Source: an uncultured Prevotellaceae bacterium (GTDB lineage Bacteria > Bacteroidota > Bacteroidia > Bacteroidales > Bacteroidaceae). Taken from it: a stretch of DNA of 64,000 bases. Position numbers and translations under genes: made by a program. The stretch lies in assembly GCA_902778255.1 (NCBI GenBank), contig CACYXD010000006.1, forward strand, positions 144,803 to 208,802. The letters are read 5' to 3'. This document shows, piece after piece, positions 29,359 to 37,881 of the stretch. Position 1 is the first letter of the stretch. Every line of letters begins with the position of its first letter. The notes under the pieces are model-generated. The model was not told the DNA's origin, ran no database searches, and worked only from the letters and a program-made list of their open reading frames with translations.

Positions 29359-29846
29359 GGCTTCATCAGTTTAAAGGTAAAACTCTTATTCACGCTCACC
29401 ATATAAACACCGCGCCTTTGCTGGCTCAGGTCAACGGTGGCTTCGCTCTCGTGACGACTAACGACGGCCTCCGCGCTCTTACCGTCAAGGCTATACACCT
29501 GAATGCGGTCAGTCGTCTGCAGGCCGCTGACGCTTACCACACCCTTGCGAGTCAGGTCAAAACGGATACGCGGCTCGTCACTCTGCACCTCTTCAATGGT
29601 GGTCAGGTCAGCCTTGTCAACCTTCAGATAGTCCACCTCGTCACGATTAAAAGACACACCATAATTACCATGAACCCACATTACGCCTTTCTCACAATAG
29701 ACTATGGGCTTCTCTAAAGGCAGAATGAACTGCATCTTGCTGCCGTCTTTCAGAAAGACATACAATGAAGACATTGTCTCTTCTGCCATTGCACATGTTG
29801 CCGTCATCCATAATAGCAACACCGAAAGGATTGTCTTTGCTTTCAT
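29355..29846 (-). CDS. Small secreted protein with T9SS type A C-terminal domain
   Basis: Signal peptide; IQVYSLDGK...DLSQQRRGVYMVSVNKSFTFKLMK is CTD-like. Confidence 0.78.
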   Translation of the reverse strand: MKAKTILSVLLLWMTATCAMAEETMSSLYVFLKDGSKMQFILPLEKPIVYCEKGVMWVHGNYGVSFNRDEVDYLKVDKADLTTIEEVQSDEPRIRFDLTRKGVVSVSGLQTTDRIQVYSLDGKSAEAVVSRHESEATVDLSQQRRGVYMVSVNKSFTFKLMKP

Positions 29847-29949
29847 GTTTCTTGTTGTCAGCCGGCTCCCCCTGCGGCATTATTAAAAAGGTTAGTATTG
29901 TTTGTTCGCCCTTTGAAGGACACTTGTTTGTGTAATGGGGAAGACATTG

Positions 29950-30078
29950 CAAAGATATGAATTATTCTGGATTAAAACAAATTTTGGCCATTATTTTTTT
30001 AATTCTGGCCAAAATTCAAAAAATTCTGGCCAAAATTTAAAATCGTATTGCTGATATGAAATAATAATCGTATCTTTG
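29950..30078. promoter_or_regulatory. Divergent promoters (minus: -7 at 29950-29957, -33 at 29978-29981; plus: -7 at 30071-30078) with three TGGCCA boxes at 21-bp spacing between them
   Basis: TATCTTTG on both strands; GGCC cores at 29986, 30007 and 30028. Confidence 0.75.
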
Positions 30079-30099
30079 CGGCAGTAAAAGATGACGTAA

Positions 30100-31083
30100 A
30101 TGATGATGACAACAGACGAGAGATATATGCGCCGCTGCCTGCAACTGGCGCAGAACGGGCGACAGAATGCGAAGCCCAATCCGATGGTGGGAGCTGTGAT
30201 TGTAGCATCCAACCCCCATCACCCATCACCCATCCCCCCAAGAATTATTGGCGAAGGCTATCATGTGCGTTGTGGACAGGGTCATGCCGAGGTGAATGCT
30301 TTTGCCAGTGTGCGTGCTGAGGATGAACCGCTGCTGAAGGAGGCCACGATGTATGTGTCGTTGGAGCCTTGCTCGCATTATGGCAAGACGCCGCCTTGTG
30401 CCGATTTGATCATCAAGAAAGGCGTGAAGCGTGTGGTGGTAGGCTGTATCGATGAGTTTGCCGAGGTGCAGGGCAGGGGCATCCAGAAACTGAGGGATGC
30501 CGGTATCGAGGTAACAGTAGGCGTACTTGAGAATGAGTGCAAGGCCTTGAATCGCCGTTTCTTCACCTTCCATCGTCTCTCGCGCCCGTACATTGTATTA
30601 AAGTGGGCACAGACGGCTAATGGCTTTATTGATGACAATGGAAAAACTTTAGCGATATCAACCCCCTTTACGCAGATGCTCTCGCATAAACTGCGTGCCG
30701 AGGAGGACGCCATCCTTGTGGGACGTGTGACCAATGAGCGTGAACATCCGCAGCTGACAGTACGGCAATGGGATGGTCCTAACCCTAAACGACTGGTCAT
30801 AGACCGTCAGCATCCGTTGAATATGGAGGTGCTCCATGCTCATCATATCCAGTCGCTTATCGTAGAAGGTGGCAGAAAGACGCTTGATTCTTTCCTCGAA
30901 CAAGGCTTGTGGGATGAGATACGGGTGGAAACGAATACCCGCTTGACGGTGAGTGGTGGAACAAGAGCGCCACAACTTCCAGCAGATGCAGAAGTCGTGG
31001 CGCAGCATGATTATGATGGTAATGTGATTATTTCCTACCGAAGTCAGCAGGCACCTCGCCCCATTTGCTGGTCTCCCACTTAA
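30100..31083 (+). CDS. ribD: Bifunctional riboflavin deaminase/reductase RibD
   Basis: PNPMVGAV, HAEVNA, LEPCSHYGKTPPC and LKWAQTANGFID motifs. Confidence 0.96.
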   Translation: MMMTTDERYMRRCLQLAQNGRQNAKPNPMVGAVIVASNPHHPSPIPPRIIGEGYHVRCGQGHAEVNAFASVRAEDEPLLKEATMYVSLEPCSHYGKTPPCADLIIKKGVKRVVVGCIDEFAEVQGRGIQKLRDAGIEVTVGVLENECKALNRRFFTFHRLSRPYIVLKWAQTANGFIDDNGKTLAISTPFTQMLSHKLRAEEDAILVGRVTNEREHPQLTVRQWDGPNPKRLVIDRQHPLNMEVLHAHHIQSLIVEGGRKTLDSFLEQGLWDEIRVETNTRLTVSGGTRAPQLPADAEVVAQHDYDGNVIISYRSQQAPRPICWSPT

Positions 31084-31486
31084 CAATGGGGTTGCGGAAG
31101 TTGTGTGTGCGCAGCCAGTTTTCGGCGCGCAGGATAATCTGATAGAGCGGCTCCGTCTCGGGGGTACGCTCTAATTTTGTCTTACATTGACGTTTTGAGA
31201 CCCAGAGAATGGCATTGTAAGAATCCGAATAGATGGTTTTATCATGCAAGCCCTTCTGCCAACAGAGCGCCAGGGCATGGACGATGGCCAGGAACTCACC
31301 AATATTGTTAGTGCCCTTCATAGGGCCAAAGTGGAATACCTGCGCACCTGTCTGCAAGTCGATAGCCTGATACTCCATAGGCCCAGGGTTGCCGCTGCAG
31401 GCTGCGTCCACAGCCCACGCGTCTGCCCTTACCTCCATGGGCAAGGGCAGTACGGTGTCGTGTCTATAGTCGGGAGGGTTTTGCAT
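31028..31486 (-). CDS. rnhA: Ribonuclease HI (Bacillus halodurans-like type, no viroplasmin domain)
   Basis: VDAACSGNPGPMEY, TNNIGEFLAIVHAL, IYSDS and KWETSKWGEVPADFGRK motifs. Confidence 0.92.
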   Translation of the reverse strand: MQNPPDYRHDTVLPLPMEVRADAWAVDAACSGNPGPMEYQAIDLQTGAQVFHFGPMKGTNNIGEFLAIVHALALCWQKGLHDKTIYSDSYNAILWVSKRQCKTKLERTPETEPLYQIILRAENWLRTHNFRNPIVKWETSKWGEVPADFGRK

Positions 31487-31524
31487 AGCTGTTTTGTATG
31501 TTGCGACTGCAGTCGCAACATACT

Positions 31525-33327
31525 TTACATGCGCTCGGGTACTTCGATGCCGAGTAGCCCCATACCGTTCTTGATAATCTTTGCCACGTTCTTAGCCAGC
31601 ATCAGACGCACAGCCTTCTTCTGCTCGTCTGGCTCGTTGAGAATAGAGAAGTCGTGGTAGAACTGGTTGAACACCTTCGTCAACTCGTAGCAGTAGTTAG
31701 CGATGCCAGAGGGAGAGTAGTCCTTACCGGCCTGCTCCACGGCTGCGCCAAACTCAGACATCTTCTGGATCAACTCGATTTCCTTGTCTGCGAGACTAGT
31801 TGAACTAGCGGGATTCGTCATACAAGGCGCCTTGCGGAGGATGCTGCGGATACGGGCATAGGTGTACTGGATGAAAGGACCTGTATTACCGTTGAAGTCG
31901 ATACTCTCCTCGGGGTTGAACAACATATTCTTACGAGCATCCACCTTCAGGATGAAGTACTTCAGGGCACCCATACCCACGATGCGGGCAATCTCACGGC
32001 GCTCCTCTTCCGTCATGTCGTCAAACTTACCCAGCTCCATCGAGGTCTTATAGGCATCCTCTACCATCAGTGCCATCAGGTCGTCAGCATCTACCACCGT
32101 TCCCTCACGGCTTTTCATCTTACCGTTAGGCAGTTCCACCATACCGTAAGAGAAGTGAACCAGCTCCTTGCCCCACTTGAAGCCCAGGCGATCCAGCAGG
32201 ATTGAGAGCACTTGGAAGTGATAGTTCTGCTCATTGCCTACCACGTATATCATCTTGTCGATGGGGTAGTCCTGGAAACGCATCTCGGCAGTACCGATGT
32301 CCTGCGTCATATAGACAGATGTGCCGTCAGAACGAAGCAACAGCTTCTGATCCAGACCTTCGTTGGTTAGGTCGGCCCAAACCGAATTGTCCTCGTGGCG
32401 CTCAAAGAGTCCCTTGGCGAGTCCTTCCTCCACCTTGGCCTTACCCTTCAGGTAGGTCTGACTCTCGTAGTAAATCTTATCGAAGCCAACGCCCATCTTC
32501 TTGTAGGTCTCATCGAAACCGGCATACACCCAGTTGTTCATTTTCTCCCACAGGGCGCGCACCTCAGGGTCGTTGTTCTCCCATTTTACTAGCATCTCGT
32601 GAGCCTCCTTGATGAGTGGAGCCTCCTGCTTAGCCTTCTCCTCAGCCTGCTCAGCGGGTAAACCGCTGGCCACATACTGGGCTGCCAGGGTCTTTACCTC
32701 CTCGCGGTAGTGCTTGTCGAAAGCCACGTAGTAGTCACCGATGAGATGGTCGCCTTTCTTGCCAGATGATTCGGGTGTCTCGCCGTTGCCGTACTTCAGC
32801 CAAGCCAGCATTGACTTACAGATATGAATACCGCGGTCGTTGACGATGTTGGTCTTCACCACCTTGTTGCCGTTGGCCTCCATAATCTGGGCCAGCGACC
32901 AACCCAGCAGGTTGTTGCGTACATGCCCCAGATGCAAGGGTTTGTTGGTGTTGGGGGAACTATACTCGATCATGACGAGGGGTGAACCCTCGTGCACAGG
33001 CTTCATGCCGAAGCGGTCGTCCTGATCGATGGCCTGCAGCAACTGCAGCCAGGCGCCCTCGCCTATGCTCAGGTTCAGGAATCCCTTTACTACATTGAAC
33101 TTCTCCACGGCCGAACAGTTATCGACCAGATACTGACCAATCTCCTGAGCCGTCTGCTCGGGTGATTTCTTGGCAGCCTTTACAAATGGGAAAACTACCA
33201 AAGTCAGGTTTCCCTCAAACTCGCTGCGTGTCTTCTGCAGCTGCAACATCTTTTCGTTTGCCTCCATGCCGTAGAGCGCCTTCACGGCCTCGCCTGCGGC
33301 TTGACTTATCAGTGTCTCGATATTCAT
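31525..33327 (-). CDS. argS: Arginine--tRNA ligase
   Basis: EYSSPNTNKPLHLGH (HIGH), KMKSREG and GNTGPFIQYTYARI motifs. Confidence 0.97.
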   Translation of the reverse strand: MNIETLISQAAGEAVKALYGMEANEKMLQLQKTRSEFEGNLTLVVFPFVKAAKKSPEQTAQEIGQYLVDNCSAVEKFNVVKGFLNLSIGEGAWLQLLQAIDQDDRFGMKPVHEGSPLVMIEYSSPNTNKPLHLGHVRNNLLGWSLAQIMEANGNKVVKTNIVNDRGIHICKSMLAWLKYGNGETPESSGKKGDHLIGDYYVAFDKHYREEVKTLAAQYVASGLPAEQAEEKAKQEAPLIKEAHEMLVKWENNDPEVRALWEKMNNWVYAGFDETYKKMGVGFDKIYYESQTYLKGKAKVEEGLAKGLFERHEDNSVWADLTNEGLDQKLLLRSDGTSVYMTQDIGTAEMRFQDYPIDKMIYVVGNEQNYHFQVLSILLDRLGFKWGKELVHFSYGMVELPNGKMKSREGTVVDADDLMALMVEDAYKTSMELGKFDDMTEEERREIARIVGMGALKYFILKVDARKNMLFNPEESIDFNGNTGPFIQYTYARIRSILRKAPCMTNPASSTSLADKEIELIQKMSEFGAAVEQAGKDYSPSGIANYCYELTKVFNQFYHDFSILNEPDEQKKAVRLMLAKNVAKIIKNGMGLLGIEVPERM

Positions 33328-33528
33328 ATACCTCTTTATATACATTATTTGGGGTGCAAAGGTACGAATAAGTGAGCGAAATACAAAAGGAAAACTTGTT
33401 TTTCTTCTGATTTCCGAACGAAAGTACCTTCGAGAAAGTCAAAGGTACAAATAAAACGCGAAAAAGTATCTGTGTTTCAAAGAAACTTTGTAATTTTGCA
33501 CCCCAATTGTTTAAAAAGGTAAATTTGT

Positions 33529-35022
33529 ATGCTTATGAAGAAAATTACTCTTATGTTTTTGATGGCCTTGATGACCATTATGACTTATGCCGCAGAGACG
33601 GTGGTAACACCTCCTACTTCTATCGAAGCAGAGACCTGGTATCTCAGCTGTTTCGGTGAGTATGACTATGATGCAGAAGTGAAGGTTGTTATTGACGGCA
33701 GCGACATGTATGTCCAGGGCTTGGGTTTTGAAATACTGCCTGATGCCTGGGTGAAAGGTACCATTGCCAATGGTAAGGTGACCTTTGCCAAGGGTCAGTA
33801 TATGGGTGAGGCTTCCGACTATTATGGTGACTATGACCTGTATCTTACTGGCTACGACTACAAGGCAGGAAGTATGTGTGACCTGGTGTTCGATTATGAT
33901 CAGGCAAACGGACTGTTGACAACCTCTCTTCTCCTTGTGCTCAATGCTTCTCCTGACGAATTGGACTATATGGAGTATTATAGCGATTTACAGATCAGCA
34001 AGACTGCTCCAGAATTGCCTACTGCCATAGAGGCTCCTGCAGGTCTGGTTACTGAGGAATATCTGGTGACAACGACTGCGATTGAGGAAGATGATGAGAC
34101 TGGAGAAGAAGTAAAAAAGGCAACCTCGTTTAATGTGTTGGTGGGCTTTGATGGCAATGATGTGTATGTCAACGGACTGGTAAACGGCTTTGACGGATGG
34201 GCAAAGGGCACGCTGAGTGCTGACGGAAAGACTATCACTTTCCCCGTCAACCAATACCTGGGGTCAGAGGAATACCTTTATTCAACATACGATTACTTCT
34301 TTACTGCCGCCAATGAGAAAGACGAGATGGTTGGGGTCGTTCTCAATTATGATGCCACAAATAAAATCATGACCACCAATCAGACGATATATGTCAATGG
34401 CAGTCGTCACGACCTGTATTATTATTATATATATGAGGGCATGACGATGACAAGGATGGTGGAGAAGGCAGCCACTCCTGCTACTCCTGCTATCACTAAA
34501 TTCGCCTATCAGAGCACGCTGCAGTACGGATATATCACGCTTAACATCCCTCTTACCGATGTTGAGGGCAATCCCTTGTTGAGTAGCAAGCTGTACTACC
34601 AGATCATGGTTGAGGATAAGGAAGGCAAGGTGGCTCCGCTGACGTTCTCTAAAGACCTGTACGAGGATCTGGAAGGAGATATGACAACCATCCCTTATAA
34701 TCATTATGATTATGACATTTCTAATACCTTCATCTATCTGTGCAGTACCCTTGATGAGGTCTCAAATTGGAAGCAGATAGGTGTCAAGTCCATCTATACT
34801 GGTAATGGCGAGACCCATGAGTCAGAGATAGGCTGGTGTACAGTTGTGATTAGCGATGATATGGTGTATGACGGTATTGCCGCTACCAAGGCACAGCCCG
34901 TGAGTGTCAGCTATGTTGACATGGCTGGCCGTCGCGTCAGTGGTACACAAAAAGGTCTGCTCATCCGCCAGGAGCGTATGGCCGATGGCTCTGTAAAGAA
35001 TGTGAAGGTGGTTCGCAAGTAA
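33529..35022 (+). CDS. Secreted acidic protein with two internal repeat domains and a Prevotella-type T9SS CTD
   Basis: Signal peptide; duplicated motif V(V)xxDGxDxYVxGL...W(V/A)KGT...(V/I)TFxxxQYxG; C-terminus YVDMAGRRVSGTQKGLLI...KVVRK. Confidence 0.8.
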   Translation: MLMKKITLMFLMALMTIMTYAAETVVTPPTSIEAETWYLSCFGEYDYDAEVKVVIDGSDMYVQGLGFEILPDAWVKGTIANGKVTFAKGQYMGEASDYYGDYDLYLTGYDYKAGSMCDLVFDYDQANGLLTTSLLLVLNASPDELDYMEYYSDLQISKTAPELPTAIEAPAGLVTEEYLVTTTAIEEDDETGEEVKKATSFNVLVGFDGNDVYVNGLVNGFDGWAKGTLSADGKTITFPVNQYLGSEEYLYSTYDYFFTAANEKDEMVGVVLNYDATNKIMTTNQTIYVNGSRHDLYYYYIYEGMTMTRMVEKAATPATPAITKFAYQSTLQYGYITLNIPLTDVEGNPLLSSKLYYQIMVEDKEGKVAPLTFSKDLYEDLEGDMTTIPYNHYDYDISNTFIYLCSTLDEVSNWKQIGVKSIYTGNGETHESEIGWCTVVISDDMVYDGIAATKAQPVSVSYVDMAGRRVSGTQKGLLIRQERMADGSVKNVKVVRK

Positions 35023-35031
35023 GGCTTATCT

Positions 35032-35700
35032 TTACTTACGCCCGATAATCTTATCGACAATGGCGCTTGCTTCCTCTCTTGTAAATGGCGCAGAGAGGGA
35101 TGCGGCGCCATTTTCGATTTCCATATTGACACGTGGCACGCTAAGGGCGTGGTTGTCGAGGACGATGGCAATATACTTGCCAATGTTCTGACGGGTCATT
35201 GTGGCCCACTGCTTGGTGTCTTTCTCGCTGAACTGCAATGAGATGACAGCGTGACCAGCAAAGGTCTCGTCGGAAACATAGAGGTCGTCAAGTGTGGGGC
35301 TCCACAATGACCGGTCCTCATTCATATTGACAAGATAGACGGCGTAAATCTCGCCCTCCTCTTCGGGCACGTCGGCCTTAAATTGATTAAGCATCACGCA
35401 GCAGTCTTCGGGCAATGCCATACGTACTGAGTCCGTGCGCATAGCTTCCATGAAGCGCGCTGTATCAGCCACGGCCACGAAGCCTACCATCGGCTGATTG
35501 GCGAAAGCCGTACGGAAACTGCTTTCGGGGGCGTGCTTGGCTATCACAGAGATGTACTCGCCTGCGTCATAGATTTCATGGATAGAGATGGCGCTCTTGG
35601 CGGGTTGCTGCAAATGCTCAATTGTGGTCTCGGCCTTTTTGGTTTGCGTGCATGCCACGAATGCGATGGATGCCAGCAGGATTGTTGTCAGTTTTTTCAT
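35032..35700 (-). CDS. Lipoprotein with SecD/SecF periplasmic head-like domain
   Basis: Lipobox AFVAC; ISLQFSEKDTKQWATMTRQNIGKYIAIVLDNHALSVPRVNMEIENG resembles the SecD P1 head. Confidence 0.75.
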   Translation of the reverse strand: MKKLTTILLASIAFVACTQTKKAETTIEHLQQPAKSAISIHEIYDAGEYISVIAKHAPESSFRTAFANQPMVGFVAVADTARFMEAMRTDSVRMALPEDCCVMLNQFKADVPEEEGEIYAVYLVNMNEDRSLWSPTLDDLYVSDETFAGHAVISLQFSEKDTKQWATMTRQNIGKYIAIVLDNHALSVPRVNMEIENGAASLSAPFTREEASAIVDKIIGRK

Positions 35701-35800
35701 ATTGCTCGTTTTTGGTTTTGGTGGCAAAGATAGGGATAAATTGATAATAAAACAAGCGATGGAAAGTTAAAAGTGTTAAATAAATATAAATCAATACTTT

Positions 35801-35832
35801 ATTTCTCATTCCTCATTCCTCATTTCTCATTT
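35801..35832. repeat. Heptamer repeat (ATT[TC]CTC)x4 upstream of the rplM -7 element TACCTTTG (35839-35846)
   Basis: Read directly. Confidence 0.9.
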
Positions 35833-35849
35833 AATTAGTACCTTTGCAG

Positions 35850-35998
35850 TCCGATTATTGGGGGGAGGGTCTTAGACTCCCCGTGAGCGTCGTGTAAATA
35901 GTGACTATCTTTGGCCGGATGGCACGGTTTGTGAATCGGCGTTCAGCAACAACAATTATTAGGTAAAAAACTGTTTTTTAGTAAATTTAAACGAAGAA
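35850..35998 (+). promoter_or_regulatory. Candidate structured ribosomal-protein leader upstream of rplM
   Basis: About 150-nt 5' UTR with GGGGAG/CTCCCC stem (35862-35882); position fits the described L13-Bacteroidia leader, but the match is not verified. Confidence 0.45.
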
Positions 35999-36460
35999 AT
36001 GAACACTTTAAGTTACAAGACCGTCTCGATTAACAAGGAGACAGCCAAGAAGGAGTGGGTCGTTATCGATGCTACCGATCAGGTAGTGGGTCGTCTCGCT
36101 TCAAAGGTCGCCAAACTGATTCGCGGTAAGTATAAGCCCAGCTTCACTCCGCACGTAGATTGCGGCGACAATGTCATTATTATCAATGCAGCCAAGATTA
36201 AGTTCACCGGCAAGAAGGAAACAGACAAGGTTTACACCCGTTATACGGGCTATCCTGGTGGTCAGCGCTTCAACACTCCCGCTGAACTGCGCAAGAAGCC
36301 TTTCGGCGTAGAGCGTATTCTCCGTCACGCTGTGAAGGGTATGCTGCCAAAGGGTCCCCTCGGACGCAGCCTGCTGAACAACCTCTATGTATATGAGGGA
36401 ACAGAACACAAGCACGAGGCACAGCAGCCAAAGGCTATTGATATTAACTTGTATAAATAA
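35999..36460 (+). CDS. rplM: 50S ribosomal protein L13
   Basis: WVVIDA, GRLAS, GKYKPSFTPHVDCGD and TGYPGG motifs. Confidence 0.98.
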   Translation: MNTLSYKTVSINKETAKKEWVVIDATDQVVGRLASKVAKLIRGKYKPSFTPHVDCGDNVIIINAAKIKFTGKKETDKVYTRYTGYPGGQRFNTPAELRKKPFGVERILRHAVKGMLPKGPLGRSLLNNLYVYEGTEHKHEAQQPKAIDINLYK

Positions 36461-36470
36461 TTGAATAGAG

Positions 36471-36857
36471 ATGGAAGTAATTAACGCAATAGGTCGTCGT
36501 AAGAGCTCAGTGGCTCGCGTATATCTGTCAGAGGGTACTGGCAAGATCACGATCAATAAGAAGGACTTAACCGAATATTTCCCCTCAGCCATCCTGCAGT
36601 ACGTGGTAAAGCAGCCTCTGAACCTGCTGGAGTGCGCCGAGAAGTACGACATCAAGGTTAACCTCGACGGTGGTGGTTTCACCGGTCAGAGCCAGGCTCT
36701 GCGTCTCGCTATCGCCCGCGCTTTGGTAAAGATTAACGAGGCCGACAAGAAGGCATTGAAGGATCAGGGCTTCCTGACACGTGATAGCCGTGAGGTTGAG
36801 CGTAAGAAGCCAGGTCGTCCCAAGGCACGTCGTCGCTTCCAGTTCAGTAAGCGTTAA
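36471..36857 (+). CDS. rpsI: 30S ribosomal protein S9
   Basis: GRRKSSVARV, GGGFTGQ and ARRRFQFSKR motifs. Confidence 0.98.
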   Translation: MEVINAIGRRKSSVARVYLSEGTGKITINKKDLTEYFPSAILQYVVKQPLNLLECAEKYDIKVNLDGGGFTGQSQALRLAIARALVKINEADKKALKDQGFLTRDSREVERKKPGRPKARRRFQFSKR

Positions 36858-37006
36858 TCCAACTGGACTACGTTTAGTATCTAAACTGGCGGGACTCTTC
36901 CTGGGATTACCTAGGGCAGCCTAGGACCTCCTAGAATTGACTACCCTCCAGCTGATCTAACAAAGATTAAAAAGAAAGTAAACAACAAAATTAAAGAAAC
37001 AAAAAA

Positions 37007-37846
37007 ATGGCAAGAACAAATTTTGAACAGTTGCTGCAGGCTGGCTGCCACTTCGGCCACCTGAAGCGTAAGTGGAACCCCGCCATGGCTCCCTACATCT
37101 ACACTGAGCGTAATGGTATTCACATCATCGACCTCCACAAGACCGTGGTTAAGATCGACGATGCAGCAGAGGCTTTGAAGAACATTGCTCGCCAGGGTAA
37201 GAAAATCCTCTTCGTAGGTACTAAGAAACAGACTAAGGAAGTGATTGCCGAGAAGGCAACAAGCGTTAATATGCCTTATGTGATCGAGCGCTGGCCCGGT
37301 GGTATGCTCACCAACTTCCCCACCATCCGCAAGGCAGTGAAGAAGATGGCTAATATCGATAAACTCATGCAGGACGGTACCTTTGGTAACCTGTCAAAGC
37401 GCGAGCTGCTGCAGATCACCCGTCAGCGTGCTAAGCTGGAGAAGAACCTCGGTTCTATCGCCGACCTGACCCGTCTGCCAAGCGCCCTGTTCGTCATCGA
37501 CGTGATGAAGGAGAACATCGCCGTGAAGGAGGCTAACCGCCTGGGTATCCCCGTGTTCGGTGTTGTTGATACCAACAGCGATCCTAAGAACATCGACTAC
37601 ATCATCCCCGCCAACGACGATGCTAAGGACAGCGTAGAGGTAATCCTCAATGCTTGCTGCACCGCTATCGCCGAGGGTCTCGAGGAGCGTAAGGCTGAGA
37701 AGGCTGACGAGAAGGCTGCTGAGGCTCAGGCTGAGGCAGAGGTCGTAGAGGCAAAGCCCAAGCGCACCCGCAAGGCTCGCAAGGAAGAGGCTCCCGCTGA
37801 GGAGGCTGCTCCCGTAGCTGAGGAGGCTGCTCCCGCCGCTGAGTAA
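37007..37846 (+). CDS. rpsB: 30S ribosomal protein S2
   Basis: GCHFGH, WNPAM, RWPGGMLTNF and IPANDD motifs. Confidence 0.98.
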   Translation: MARTNFEQLLQAGCHFGHLKRKWNPAMAPYIYTERNGIHIIDLHKTVVKIDDAAEALKNIARQGKKILFVGTKKQTKEVIAEKATSVNMPYVIERWPGGMLTNFPTIRKAVKKMANIDKLMQDGTFGNLSKRELLQITRQRAKLEKNLGSIADLTRLPSALFVIDVMKENIAVKEANRLGIPVFGVVDTNSDPKNIDYIIPANDDAKDSVEVILNACCTAIAEGLEERKAEKADEKAAEAQAEAEVVEAKPKRTRKARKEEAPAEEAAPVAEEAAPAAE

Positions 37847-37881
37847 TTAATAATTAAGCATTAAATTAAGAATTAAAGAAA

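Noticed and set aside
29999-30241. 80-aa minus-strand ORF MGGWVMGDGGW...NFGQNFLNFGQN
   Set aside because: It is the antisense reading of the ribD heptamers and the 21-bp boxes, not an independent gene.
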